From the NCBI GenBank assembly GCA_963785725.1, contig CAWAWS010000005.1, forward strand, positions 32,001-96,000: a stretch of 64,000 bases of DNA, given 5' to 3'. Shown here piece after piece: positions 29,628 through 44,004 of the stretch (the stretch's first letter is position 1; each line of letters opens with the position of its first letter). The position numbers and the translations under genes were made by a program. This DNA is from an uncultured delta proteobacterium. GTDB taxonomy: Bacteria > Myxococcota_A > Polyangia > Palsa-1104. The notes beneath the pieces were generated by a model. The model did no database searches. It worked only from the letters and a program-made list of their open reading frames with translations, and was not told where the DNA came from.

Positions 29628-30434
29628 CTATCGCTTCGGCGCTCCGGCCGTCCGCGGTTCACGTTCGAGGAGCCACCAGCGCGGCCGCGGGCGACGGTAG
29701 CTCAAGCCGAAGTCGGACAGCGCACGGGCGCGCACCAAGGCGGCGGCCTCTTGCGGCGAGTCGGTCAGCACGAGGCGGTCGACATCGATGACGTCGATAG
29801 TGCCGCTGCCGAGCAGTCGCTCGCGCAGATAGCCGAGCAGCGGACGCCAATGATCGACGCCCAAGAGGACGATGGGAAAGTCGATCATCTTGCCGGTCTG
29901 AATCAGGACGGCCACTTCGAAGAGCTCATCGAGCGTCCCAAAGCCGCCCGGCACGGCGATAAAGGCGTAGGAGTATTTGGCCAACATCAGCTTGCGCACG
30001 AAGAAATAGCGAAACTGCACCCAGTCATCGAGATAGACGTTCGGCCTCTGTTCGGCGGGCAGGATGATGTTGCAACCGATCGAGCGGCCCTGGACATCCT
30101 TGGCGCCGCGATTGGCCGCCTCCATCAGCCCCGGCCCGCCGCCGGTCAAGACCGTGAATCCAGCGCGCGCGAGCTCGGCCCCGAGCTCCCGCGTCATCGC
30201 ATAATAGGGATGAGTCGGGCCGAAGCGCGCCGAGCCGAAAACCGTCGCGCACGGCCCGGCGAAGTGCAGGTGGCGAAAGCCGCGAATCATCTCGCCGAAG
30301 ACGCGGAAGGCAACGCGGAGCTCACGGTGTCGTGCGCGCGGGCCGACGAGAAATCGCTGCTCCTCGGCATCGCCCGTCGACTTGCCCCATTCCGGCTCCT
30401 CTGGCGTCGCGGCCGGGGCCAGCGGCTGGCTCAT
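29628..30434 (-). CDS. LOG-family (TIGR00730-like) Rossmann-fold protein
   Basis: [29 protein letters not shown]. Confidence 0.92.
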   Translation of the reverse strand: MSQPLAPAATPEEPEWGKSTGDAEEQRFLVGPRARHRELRVAFRVFGEMIRGFRHLHFAGPCATVFGSARFGPTHPYYAMTRELGAELARAGFTVLTGGGPGLMEAANRGAKDVQGRSIGCNIILPAEQRPNVYLDDWVQFRYFFVRKLMLAKYSYAFIAVPGGFGTLDELFEVAVLIQTGKMIDFPIVLLGVDHWRPLLGYLRERLLGSGTIDVIDVDRLVLTDSPQEAAALVRARALSDFGLSYRRPRPRWWLLEREPRTAGAPKR

Positions 30435-30469
30435 CTCCCGCTCGGATCTTGGCGCATGTCGCAGCGCCA

Positions 30470-30485
30470 TGCGAGCGACATGCCG
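30470..30485 (-). promoter_or_regulatory. sigma54 promoter
   Basis: CGGCATGTCGCTCGCA. Confidence 0.6.
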
Positions 30486-30557
30486 ATATGAGCAGTCACC
30501 CTCGAGCACCCGTCGGTCACTCATCTCGATGCGATCTGCGCGAGACGGCCTGAGATG

Positions 30558-30573
30558 CGGCACGCGCCTTGCT
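30558..30573 (+). promoter_or_regulatory. sigma54 promoter
   Basis: CGGCACGCGCCTTGCT, near consensus. Confidence 0.78.
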
Positions 30574-30670
30574 GTCTGCCAGACGTGAAGCTGCCCATGA
30601 TGAAGTCGAAGATGATACTGAGCCAGGCTGGCAGTCCGGCGCCGCAGCTGACCTCGGACCGGTGGTTCTA

Positions 30671-31042
30671 ATGGCGTCCCACCCTCCAGCCGGCGGAGGT
30701 GCTCCGGCGCGGATTCTCGTCGTCGACGCGGAGCCGAACGCGACGTCTGCGCTGGCCGAGCTCTTGGGCGACGAAGGCTACGAGGTCTATTGCGCGGACA
30801 ACGGGGCGTCGGCGCAAGTGAGCTTGCAAGCGCTGTGTCCCGATCTGCTGCTGACCGGTCTGCAACTTCCCGGCGCCCAATCGCTCGAGGAGACCGCCGC
30901 GCAGCTCTCGACGGCCATCGTGCGCATGCTGGCGACCGGTCCGGTTCGTGGCGACGGATCGGCCGTGCTGCTCAAGCCGATCGATGTCGGCGAGCTGTTG
31001 GCGATGGTCGAGGGCGCGCTGGCACGGCGACACTCCCGTTAG
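30671..31042 (+). CDS. Atypical (pseudo-)receiver domain protein
   Basis: RILVVDAE...DLLLTGLQLPG (phospho-Asp replaced by Gly)...LLKP. Confidence 0.7.
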   Translation: MASHPPAGGGAPARILVVDAEPNATSALAELLGDEGYEVYCADNGASAQVSLQALCPDLLLTGLQLPGAQSLEETAAQLSTAIVRMLATGPVRGDGSAVLLKPIDVGELLAMVEGALARRHSR

Positions 31043-31154
31043 AAGCGAGTGACACGACGCCACCTCATGCGAAAGACCGAGGCATGGTGGTCGGCGGACC
31101 GATGACGAGCCGGACGGCCCGAGGCTGAGCCGAGCGGCAGCAGCGGTGCGCCGC

Positions 31155-31440
31155 GTGGCGTCGTTCTTCTCGTCGACGACAACGCGGCTCTCGTCGACAA
31201 CTTGTGCGAGATCGTCGAGGACGCCGGATTCCGCACGCGCCGCGCCCACGGCTTCGTCGAGGCCCACGCGCAAGCGGCCAGAGGATTGGACGACGGCTTG
31301 TCTCTTGCTGACCGCTGCAGCTATCGAACGTCACCGCGCGGCGCTGCAAGAGGCCGGGCGCATCGCGGACGTGCGCATCAGCGAAGGCCCGGCGCCCAAG
31401 CGGGCGCGCACGCGACGCACGCGTCATGTGCGGCCGCTCG
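31155..31440 (+). pseudogene. Mosaic of relics: receiver N-terminus plus a deleted copy of the 35953 gene with its sigma54 promoter
   Basis: VLLVDDNAALVDNLCEIVEDAGF; 31294-31336 matches 35924-35966 (ATG>ATC), then jumps to the homologous 3' end. Confidence 0.65.
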
Positions 31441-31458
31441 CGATGAAACCGCCGTCAT

Positions 31459-31474
31459 TGGAACGTTTGATGCT
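31459..31474 (+). promoter_or_regulatory. sigma54 promoter
   Basis: TGGAACGTTTGATGCT. Confidence 0.72.
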
Positions 31475-31496
31475 TATGCGACGAGCGGAGGCAATC

Positions 31497-32000
31497 ATGG
31501 ACGTCTACGAGATTATGACGACGCCAGCTCAAACGCTGAACCCGGAAAATACGCTCGATAGCGCCGCCCGCTTGATGCGCGACCGCTCAGTCGGTTGCGT
31601 GCCCATTGTCAGCACCGACGACAAGCTCATCGGCATCCTGACCGATCGCGACATCGTCATGGCGGCTTCGCTGGCCGACCGGACCTTGTCGTCGCTGCGC
31701 ATCGCCGATGCCATGCACGCGCCGGTGCACGCGTGTCACGCCGACGACGACATCGCGGTGTCCGCGCGCATCATGCGTCAGCATCGCGTGCGGCGGCTGC
31801 CGGTCGTCGACGCCACCGATCGGCCTATCGGCATCGTGTCGCTGGACGACCTGGCCAACGCTTCCCGCCAGCCGACGATCGATCCCACGCCCGGCTTGAC
31901 CGCCGACGAGCCCGGCGACGCCTATCATGCGACCTCGGGCCGCAGCAAACAGCCGCACGACAGCCAGCCGGACTGGATGCAGCGCGCGAGACAACGCTAA
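31497..32000 (+). CDS. CBS-pair protein (paralog of 16368 and 16924)
   Basis: GCVPIV...LTDRDI...; shared tail PGL...ATSGRSK. Confidence 0.92.
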   Translation: MDVYEIMTTPAQTLNPENTLDSAARLMRDRSVGCVPIVSTDDKLIGILTDRDIVMAASLADRTLSSLRIADAMHAPVHACHADDDIAVSARIMRQHRVRRLPVVDATDRPIGIVSLDDLANASRQPTIDPTPGLTADEPGDAYHATSGRSKQPHDSQPDWMQRARQR

Positions 32001-32004
32001 GGCC

Positions 32005-32823
32005 ATGCTACGCGTCTTGACCAGCCTCGTGGGCTACAAGATCGCCGCCACCGACGGCGATATCGGCAAGGTCACCGACTTCTATTTCGACGACGAGCAT
32101 TGGACGGTGCGCTATCTCGTCGCCGACACGGGCGGCTTCTGGAGCGGGCCACACTGCGTGCTCATTTCGCCCATCGCCTTTGGCAAGGTCGACTGGGCGA
32201 GTCGGAGCTTCTGCGTCAATCTCGACCGCGAGAAGATCAAGAATAGCCCGCCGGTGGACCTCGATCGGCCCGTCGCAATGCAATACGAGGAGGATTACCA
32301 CCGCTATTACGGCTTCGCTCCCTATTGGGGATATAGCGCCGCTTGGGGGATGCAGCCCTATCCGGGTATGCTGAGCGGCGTCGATTGGCCGGCGGATCGC
32401 GAGCACCCGGCGAAGGTATCCGGCGACCCGCACCTGCGCAGCGCGGGGACGGTCAAGCGCTATCGCGTCGACGGCGACCACGAGCTCCTCGGCCACGTCA
32501 CCGACTTCATCGTCGACGACGAGACCTGGGCCATCCGCTATCTGGTGGTCGACACGAGCAAATGGTGGCCGGGCAAGAAGGTCCTGGTCGCGCCTCACTG
32601 GGCGCGCGAGATCAGTTGGCTCGACGAGACTGTCCATACCGACATTCCGCGCGGCCTGCTCAAAGACAGCCCCGAGTGGAACGCGAGCGGTCCCGTCAAT
32701 CGCGAATATGAATCCCGCTTATATGACTATTATGGCCGCCCGGCTTATTGGACCCAATCGGATACGAAGCAAAGCGAGACCGCCCGCGATCGGAAGCTCG
32801 ACGCCGACCACCCGCTACCGTAA
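32005..32823 (+). CDS. Tandem PRC-barrel domain protein
   Basis: Two repeats of G.V.DF..DD..W.(V/I)RYLV.DT..W; DPHLRS. Confidence 0.9.
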   Translation: MLRVLTSLVGYKIAATDGDIGKVTDFYFDDEHWTVRYLVADTGGFWSGPHCVLISPIAFGKVDWASRSFCVNLDREKIKNSPPVDLDRPVAMQYEEDYHRYYGFAPYWGYSAAWGMQPYPGMLSGVDWPADREHPAKVSGDPHLRSAGTVKRYRVDGDHELLGHVTDFIVDDETWAIRYLVVDTSKWWPGKKVLVAPHWAREISWLDETVHTDIPRGLLKDSPEWNASGPVNREYESRLYDYYGRPAYWTQSDTKQSETARDRKLDADHPLP

Positions 32824-32947
32824 GCAGAAAACACTCGATTCTGCGTTCGCCAGAACCGCACGTCACCCGCGCGCGAAAGAAATGACTCGAGCTCAACATT
32901 CACTATGATTTATCGACGGAATTACGGAATGAGGTGTACCTATAATC

Positions 32948-33334
32948 ATGGTCAATATCCTGATTGTCGACGATGACTCGGATCTGGCGGATACGCTCGG
33001 CGCTGTGCTGCAGAAGAAGGGCTACGCGGTGAAATGTACGCGCAGCGGCGAGGAAGGGCTGCGATCACTCAAGACGCCGCCGCTGCCCAACGTCGTCATT
33101 CTCGACGTCGAAATGCCCGTTCTCGACGGGCCTGGGGTCGCCCATCGCATGCTCCTGCACGACGCAGGGCAGGAGAAGATCCCTATCGTGCTCGTCTCCG
33201 GCCACGCCGATCTGCCGCAAATCGCGGCACGCATGGGAACGCCCTATTTCCTGCGCAAGCCATGCGGCATCCCGGACATTCTCGACGTCCTGAATCGCGC
33301 GCTCGAAGGACGGTTGGCGCCCGCCTCCGCTTGA
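32948..33334 (+). CDS. Single-domain response regulator
   Basis: ILIVDDD, ILDVEMP, VSG, KP. Confidence 0.9.
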   Translation: MVNILIVDDDSDLADTLGAVLQKKGYAVKCTRSGEEGLRSLKTPPLPNVVILDVEMPVLDGPGVAHRMLLHDAGQEKIPIVLVSGHADLPQIAARMGTPYFLRKPCGIPDILDVLNRALEGRLAPASA

Positions 33335-33631
33335 CCGCTTCGTCATAGCCGCGTCCCGGCTCCGCGCGCGAGCAATCTGCGATGAATGGAGTCAACCAAT
33401 ACGACCTCATCACATACGAGAGTCGCTCGGGGCGACAAAATACGTTTGTTCCGCCGTTCGTCGGCCACCTCGTCGCGATACGGCTCGCTGTTGCAATGCG
33501 GCGCTCGCAACCTACGATACGCAGCGAGAACGGAGCTTCGTAGCTCGGCAGTAGCCGCGTCGCCCACGTCCGTACGACGAGCAGCGGACCATTCGCTATG
33601 TATCGATGTCCATCATCCGGAGGACTGAATC

Positions 33632-34618
33632 ATGCAAGCGATGGTGCTGAAGCAGCTCCGCGCAGCGCTCGAATGGACCGACCTCGCAGATCGTTTGCCG
33701 GGACCGGGTCAGATTCGTGTGAAGGTAACGGCCTGCGGCGTCTGTCGTACCGACCTTCACGTGGTGGACGGTGAGCTGCCCAATCCTTCGCTGCCCATCA
33801 TTCCCGGACACGAAATCGTCGGCCGAATCGACGCCATCGGCGACGGCGTCCAAGGCTTGCGAATGGGTGAGCGCGTCGGTATCCCCTGGCTTGGCCATAC
33901 CTGCGGCGTCTGTCCGTACTGCTTGGCAAACCGCGAGAACCTCTGCGACAGCCCGCTCTTCAACGGCTACACGCGCGACGGCGGCTTCGCCACGTCGGCG
34001 ATCAGCGACGCGCGCTACGCGTTCCCGCTCGGCGAGCTCGGCAGCGATGTGGCGCTTGCTCCGCTGCTCTGCGCTGGGCTCATCGGCTGGCGCTCCTTGG
34101 TCATCGCCGGCCCCGCCCGCCGATTGGGGCTCTACGGCTTCGGCGCCGCCGCTCACATCCTCACGCAAGTGGCCCGATCGCAGGACCGCTCGGTGTTTGC
34201 CTTCACTCGTCCCGGGGACGTTGCCGCGCAGACCTTCGCGCGAAAGCTCGGCGCCGAATGGGCGGGCGGATCCGATGAAATAGCGCCGCTGCCGCTCGAC
34301 GCCGCGATCATCTTCGCCACCGCCGGAGAGCTCGTGCCGATGGCGCTCAAAGCCGTGAAAAAGGGTGGCCGAGTCGTTTGCGCGGGTATCCACATGAGCG
34401 ACATTCCGAGCTTTCCTTACGAGCTGCTTTGGGAGGAGCGCCAACTATTGTCAGTCGCGAATTTGACTCGGCAAGATGGACTCGACTTCCTCGCCATGGC
34501 GCCGCGAATCGGTATCACGACGCAAACGACGCAGTATTCGCTCAAGGATGCCAATCGCGCGCTGGCGGACCTACGCGCCGGCCGCTTCGAGGGAGCCGCC
34601 GTCCTCGTGCCGCCGTAA
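33632..34618 (+). CDS. Zn-dependent alcohol dehydrogenase (AdhP-like)
   Basis: CRTDLH, GHE, CGVCPYC...C, LLCAG, YGFGAAA. Confidence 0.93.
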   Translation: MQAMVLKQLRAALEWTDLADRLPGPGQIRVKVTACGVCRTDLHVVDGELPNPSLPIIPGHEIVGRIDAIGDGVQGLRMGERVGIPWLGHTCGVCPYCLANRENLCDSPLFNGYTRDGGFATSAISDARYAFPLGELGSDVALAPLLCAGLIGWRSLVIAGPARRLGLYGFGAAAHILTQVARSQDRSVFAFTRPGDVAAQTFARKLGAEWAGGSDEIAPLPLDAAIIFATAGELVPMALKAVKKGGRVVCAGIHMSDIPSFPYELLWEERQLLSVANLTRQDGLDFLAMAPRIGITTQTTQYSLKDANRALADLRAGRFEGAAVLVPP

Positions 34619-34752
34619 GCGCTGCCGCCACTCAGGCGCAACGAGCGCTCGAGCCCGACGCGTGCCACCGTCCGATCTACCGGGCCGAAACCTGTGTGCG
34701 GCCTGCCGTCGCAACTGGATTCTTGTTGGCCGACTCCGGCCGCCGCGCTCGG

Positions 34753-35142
34753 TCAACGCGCGGGCGCAGTCGGAGACGCGGGCGCGAAATACTGGCGAAC
34801 GAAGGCCGCCACTTGCCGATTCGTCGGATGATCGACGGTCTCGACGCCGGCGATGCCGAAGCTCAGCGTCGCGGCGTGCGCGGTCACGTAGTCGCGAAAA
34901 TGCAGCTTGGCATCCGCCGGTCCCAAGAGCAGCACGCTCTCCGAGCCGGCCAGCGACTGCGCCACCGCGGCGAAGAAACGCCCTTGATCGTCGGGATGAT
35001 GATGCGGCGACGCCTGCCCTCGCGGATGACGCAAGACATGCGTAGGCGCCCGCAGCGTGGACACCGTGAAGCTCTCGGGGTCAACGTGAAATACGTGGGC
35101 CTCTTGATGGTCGATCCAGAGGGCCGCTTGATGAAGCTGCAT
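34753..35142 (-). CDS. eRF1-domain-2-like ('translational machinery') protein
   Basis: WIDHQEAHVF...FFAAVA...LLLGPADAK...ETVDHPT. Confidence 0.7.
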   Translation of the reverse strand: MQLHQAALWIDHQEAHVFHVDPESFTVSTLRAPTHVLRHPRGQASPHHHPDDQGRFFAAVAQSLAGSESVLLLGPADAKLHFRDYVTAHAATLSFGIAGVETVDHPTNRQVAAFVRQYFAPASPTAPAR

Positions 35143-35384
35143 GGGACACGCTCACTCTCTTGACAGGGTCGCCCGGAGTTGGGCGACAGACGCAGACAGC
35201 ACGCGCGAGGACACGGAAGCATGCATTCAGCCTCGAATCGTACAGTCGGCATCTGCCAATGTAGTCATTCCCCCGAAAGTGCAATGACCCAATTCGAATA
35301 ATCGTCTTGCTCGTGTAGACACGTCCTTGAAGGCGGAGACGCAGCGCTGGCCACCGTTCGAGCCGCGCGCTTCGGCTGTTCTAC

Positions 35385-35837
35385 TCATCGCGCGCCGGAA
35401 TGAATCGTGAGGACGGGAATGAGGCTGCGGCGCACGACCTGCTCGGCCACGCTTCCGAGCAGCAGATGCTTGAAGCCGCCGCGCCCGTGCGTGCCCAGAA
35501 TCACGAGGTCATAACGTCCCGAGTTGGCCAGGCCCACTGCCACATCGGCGGCCAAGCCGACGACCACTTCGCCGCTGAGCGCGGCCAAGTCGGCCTGTGC
35601 GAGCGCGACCAGCGCCGCGTCCATTCGCTTGTGTCCCTCCAACACTTCCGCTTCGATCGCGCGATCGACGATGCAAATCGCGTCGGGCGCCACGAAGGTC
35701 GGCGGCTCGGCGACGAAGAGCAAGCTCAAGGTCGCTTTGAAGCGCCGCGCCAAAATCACGGCATAGTCAGTCGCCGGCTGCGAACAGAGGGAGAAGTCGG
35801 TGGCGACGAGGATGCGGCGCGGCTCGGTCGGTTTCAT
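35385..35837 (-). CDS. Universal stress protein (close paralog of 1818-2270)
   Basis: MKPTEPRRILVATDFS...GTHGRGGFKHLLLGSVAEQVVR. Confidence 0.93.
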   Translation of the reverse strand: MKPTEPRRILVATDFSLCSQPATDYAVILARRFKATLSLLFVAEPPTFVAPDAICIVDRAIEAEVLEGHKRMDAALVALAQADLAALSGEVVVGLAADVAVGLANSGRYDLVILGTHGRGGFKHLLLGSVAEQVVRRSLIPVLTIHSGAR

Positions 35838-35849
35838 GATTGAACGCGA

Positions 35850-35939
35850 CGCAACATCCATTCCGTGCCGGCTGGCCGAGCCGCCCGCGATCAACCCGCA
35901 ATCAGTGCGACACTCGATGGCGCCGGCTCGTTTCTTGCT
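35850..35939. promoter_or_regulatory. Divergent sigma54 promoters with a central box
   Basis: (-) CGGAATGGATGTTGCG 35850-35865; box CGCAATCAGTGCG 35897-35909; (+) CGGCTCGTTTCTTGCT 35924-35939. Confidence 0.7.
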
Positions 35940-35952
35940 GACTGCTGCATTC

Positions 35953-36282
35953 ATGGAACATCACCGGAATCACGAAGGTCGCGAGCAGCACGTTCATCCC
36001 TCGAGCGGCATCGACACGGTGCGCGACGAGCTGGAGTCGCCGGCGGTCGCCAACGGCAGCGAGCACGCGCCCACTCTCAAGGCGACCGAGCGTGAGGACG
36101 AGCGCCATCGCATCGAGCGCGACCTCGGCCGCATCGCCGCCGGCACCATGGGGATGCAGCGCGCGACGCAGGACGCGTCCATCACGCGCGCGGACCTCCG
36201 AGAGGCCGGGCGAATCGCCGACGTGCTCGTCGGTAAGAGGCCGGCGCGCAAGCGGCCGCGCAAACGGCATATTCGCCATTAA
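35953..36282 (+). CDS. Hypothetical 109-aa protein with basic C-terminus
   Basis: ATG 15 nt after the sigma54 -12; homologous relic at 31294-31440. Confidence 0.6.
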   Translation: MEHHRNHEGREQHVHPSSGIDTVRDELESPAVANGSEHAPTLKATEREDERHRIERDLGRIAAGTMGMQRATQDASITRADLREAGRIADVLVGKRPARKRPRKRHIRH

Positions 36283-36475
36283 AGACTGCCCGCGTATGGA
36301 TTAGCGTGTCTCGCACGTTTGATACTTCAACAGCCGCGACCGCTGGGACTCGCGTCCGTGGCCTCCGCCGGCCGAGCGCGCGGAATAAGTGACAACGAGC
36401 GCGCGGGCGTGAGCTTATGCCGCTTGATCGGAGAAAGTAGTCGCATACGGCCCGATTCTTGCGGACTCGGCGAGT

Positions 36476-36859
36476 ATGGCCGCGACCACCTCGACTCGAA
36501 TGGCTACGATCGCCAACGTATTCATTGACGCAACCTGCGAGCGCATGTGCTCGCAGACGCAGGAGGCGATGGAATGCCTCACGAGCGCGTCGTGGCTCGG
36601 CGTTCGCCAGAATCTCACATCACTGCGCGACGAAGCCGAGCGGGCCGCGCGAATCGAGCGCCATCTATTGCATCGCGCGTCGAGCGCCCAGCGACTGCAA
36701 GAGCAAGTGGGCGTGGCAGTGGCTGCGCTCGACGGCGAGTCGACGTTGCGCCTCGAAAAAGCGCTCACTCGGATCATGGAGCTAGTCAAAGGCCACCTGG
36801 GCAGAAGGCGGGCTCATCCGACGCGCGCGGGCGGGCGTACGCGTCATTCGCGGTCCTGA
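36476..36859 (+). CDS. Hypothetical helical protein
   Basis: Fills the gap with plausible composition; no motif. Confidence 0.35.
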   Translation: MAATTSTRMATIANVFIDATCERMCSQTQEAMECLTSASWLGVRQNLTSLRDEAERAARIERHLLHRASSAQRLQEQVGVAVAALDGESTLRLEKALTRIMELVKGHLGRRRAHPTRAGGRTRHSRS

Positions 36860-37007
36860 CCTCGCTCGAAGCGCCATTTACGGGCGGAATTGACGAGACG
36901 AGGCTACGGTACAGATCGAGGAATCGCGCGCTCGTTGGAGGGTAATTGCCCTGTGAAAGTTTTCGCCGCGGCTTACAACCCCGCGTAAGCAGCGGCGGTG
37001 AGGCACA

Positions 37008-37715
37008 GTGAAATCCTTGGACGTTCTGGTTGTCGACGATCACGAAGTATTCCGCGACGGTTTACGGACGGTGATCGAATCGCAGCCGAACGCCCGCATC
37101 GTGGCCGAGGCGTCTTCGGTGCGCGAGGCGACCGCGCTGCTCGACACGCTCGTGTTCGACCTCCTCATCCTCGATCTGACGATGCCGGGCGTCAACGGCA
37201 TCTCGCTCGTGCGCGAGATGCGCCGTCGCGGCTGCCGACAGCGCATCCTCGTCCTGACCATGCATGCCGACGCCGATATCGCCGCCGAGGCGTTCGCTTG
37301 CGGCGCCGCCGGCTTCGCACTGAAGTCCGATAGTCGCGCGACGCTGCTCGGGGCCATCGACCGCGTGATGCGCGGTGAGCGTTTCGTCGCGCCGACGCTG
37401 CCGATCGATCGGATCGATCGCTTCTTGTCGGCGCGGCCGAGCGCGTTCGACGCCTCGGGCGTGCTCGCCGTGCTGTCGGCGCGCGAACGCGAGGTCTACG
37501 ATCTGCTGGTGCGCGGCTACGAAAATGGCGGGATCGCGATCGAGCTGTCGATCTCGCGCCGCACGGTCGATACCCATCGCACGCATGTCTTCAATAAGCT
37601 GGGCGTGCATTCGATTGGCGAGCTGTTGCGCTTCGGCTTTCGCAAGCAGCTCGTGCGCGAGAGCGAAGGCGCCGTGGAGGCTCAGCCGCCACCTCCGCCC
37701 AAGCCGACGCGCTGA
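37008..37715 (+). CDS. NarL/FixJ-family response regulator
   Basis: VVDDH, LDLTMPG, LTMH, LSAREREV...TVDTHR...KLG. Confidence 0.93.
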   Translation: MKSLDVLVVDDHEVFRDGLRTVIESQPNARIVAEASSVREATALLDTLVFDLLILDLTMPGVNGISLVREMRRRGCRQRILVLTMHADADIAAEAFACGAAGFALKSDSRATLLGAIDRVMRGERFVAPTLPIDRIDRFLSARPSAFDASGVLAVLSAREREVYDLLVRGYENGGIAIELSISRRTVDTHRTHVFNKLGVHSIGELLRFGFRKQLVRESEGAVEAQPPPPPKPTR

Positions 37716-38060
37716 GACTCACGCGCGAATGTCGGCATTGTCAGGCCGCCGCCGCCGAATGAAATCGCAGCTTCATTCGCCGATTCGCTAAACGTCTGAT
37801 CCCGCACCGGCACAATCTTCTCTTGTTTCATGACGTTCTGCCGGGATGCAGGCTTAGCACGTCGCACTCAGCTGTTTAGCTGATGTACGGCCGACGCTTC
37901 TGCGTATGAACCACGGGAACCGTTACGACAGTCTAATCCCTAGATTTCGCCGAGGTGCGCAGATGCCGCAGGAGCGAGTGAACCAGCGGAGCTCCGCCGA
38001 GCGGCGGCGTCCGAGCATGGACAGGACGTCGATTACGGGCTCATCGGAGACTCTCGCGCC

Positions 38061-42367
<4,307 letters not shown>

Positions 42368-42375
<8 letters not shown>

Positions 42376-42706
42376 CGAGCGCCACAAAAGGGACGCCGCC
42401 CCGGCGCCGACCTTCGCCGCCCGGGTCGGCGCGAAAGCGACACGCAAGCTGAGCGCGCGCCGCAATCCCGCGCAAGGCGTGTGGTTTGGCCTCGGCATGA
42501 TGGGGCTCGTCGGCTGGTCGGTGACGATTCCCACGCTGCTCGGCGCGGCGCTGGGGAGCTGGCTCGACCGGCGGCACTCCGGCCCGCATCCGTGGACGCT
42601 GGCGCTGCTGATGGCCGGGCTCGTGATCGGCTGCTTCAACGCGTGGCATTGGGTCGCCAAAGAGGACAAGGCGATGCAAGACGAACGGCAGGAAGACCAT
42701 GAATGA
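42368..42706 (+). CDS. atpQ: N-ATPase AtpQ (AtpZ/AtpI-like)
   Basis: GLGMMGLVGWSV...GSWLD...NAWHW; operon position. Confidence 0.85.
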
Positions 42707-43013
42707 GGCAGTAACCATCGGGCTGGCCGGCGTGGCCGGCGGAATGCTGGGCCTCGTCTTCTTCGGCGGTCTGTGGTGGACCATTCGCAAGGGCGTCGCG
42801 GCCAAACAGCCGGCGCTCTGGTTCTTGGGCAGCCTATTCGTCCGAATGAGCGTCACCGTCGCCGGCTTCTATCTCGTCTCGGCGGGCAGCTGGAAGCGGC
42901 TGCTGTCATGCCTGCTCGGATTCGTCTTGGCCTGCGCGGCGGTGACCCGACTGACCCGCCGGTCGAGCGAGCCGGTGGCCGACCGCGCCGCCGCGAGCCA
43001 CCATGCGCCTTAG
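42699..43013 (+). CDS. atpR: N-ATPase AtpR
   Basis: FFGGLWWT...SLFVR; operon position. Confidence 0.85.
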   Translation: MNEAVTIGLAGVAGGMLGLVFFGGLWWTIRKGVAAKQPALWFLGSLFVRMSVTVAGFYLVSAGSWKRLLSCLLGFVLACAAVTRLTRRSSEPVADRAAASHHAP

Positions 43014-43728
43014 CTCCGACACGCTGATCTTCTGGCAGCACGGCTTTGTCAAGCTCAACGGCACCATCGTGTTCACGTGGGGACTGATGCTGCTCCTGAC
43101 CGTCGGCTCGTGGCTCACCACCCGCAAGCTCTCGCTCGACCTGAAGCGCGCCCGCTGGCAAAACGTCCTCGAGATCATCGTCACGACGATCGACCAACAG
43201 ATCGCCGAAGTCGGGCTCCGCAATCCCGAGAAGTATCTCGGCTTCTTGGGCACGCTCTTTCTATTCGTCGCCGTGGCCAACCTGTGCACCGTCATTCCCG
43301 GCTATCAGCCGCCGACGGGCTCCCTGTCGACGACGGCGGCGCTGGCGCTGTGCGTCTTGGTCGCCGTCCCCGTCTTCGGAATCGCCGAGCAGGGATTGGG
43401 CGGCTATCTCGAGTCCTATCTCGAGCCGACCTTCATCATGCTGCCCTTCAATATCATCAGCGAGATCTCGCGGACGCTGGCGCTCGCCATTCGCCTCTTC
43501 GGCAACATGATGAGCGGCGCCATGATCGTCGCCATTCTGCTCACGATCACGCCCTTCATCTTTCCCGTCGTCATGACGGCGCTCGGCCTTTTGACCGGCA
43601 TGGTCCAGGCCTACATCTTCAGCATTCTGGCCGCGGTCTATATCGCGGCCGCCACGCGTAAGCACAAGCGGGCGGTCGGCGCAGGCTCGAGCATTCAACG
43701 AACCAACGAGAGGTCGCAGCATGGATAG
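43003..43728 (+). CDS. atpB: N-ATPase a subunit
   Basis: PPT, SRTLALAIRLFGN, VQAYIF. Confidence 0.94.
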   Translation: MRLSSDTLIFWQHGFVKLNGTIVFTWGLMLLLTVGSWLTTRKLSLDLKRARWQNVLEIIVTTIDQQIAEVGLRNPEKYLGFLGTLFLFVAVANLCTVIPGYQPPTGSLSTTAALALCVLVAVPVFGIAEQGLGGYLESYLEPTFIMLPFNIISEISRTLALAIRLFGNMMSGAMIVAILLTITPFIFPVVMTALGLLTGMVQAYIFSILAAVYIAAATRKHKRAVGAGSSIQRTNERSQHG

Positions 43729-44002
43729 CTCGACGGTCATTGCGGTGGCGTCCATTGTCGTCGCCGGCATCACCACCGGATTCGGCACGATGGGCCCGGC
43801 GCTGGCGGAAGGCAGAGCGGTCGCGACCGCGGTCAGCTCGCTGGCGCAGCAGCCCGACGCCTCGGCGACCATCACCCGAACCCTGTTCGTCGGCTTGGCG
43901 ATGATCGAATCGACGGCCATCTACTGCTTCGTGGTCTCGATGATCCTCATTTTCGCCAATCCATTCTGGAATCACGCCATCGCCCATGCAGCGACGAAGT
44001 AA
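43721..44002 (+). CDS. atpE: N-ATPase c subunit with Na+-type ligands
   Basis: PALAEG, QQP loop, ESTAIY. Confidence 0.94.
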   Translation: MDSSTVIAVASIVVAGITTGFGTMGPALAEGRAVATAVSSLAQQPDASATITRTLFVGLAMIESTAIYCFVVSMILIFANPFWNHAIAHAATK

Positions 44003-44004
44003 CC

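Noticed and set aside
32941..32946. TATAAT before the response regulator
   Set aside because: Only 1 nt from the ATG and no convincing -35, so it cannot serve this start.
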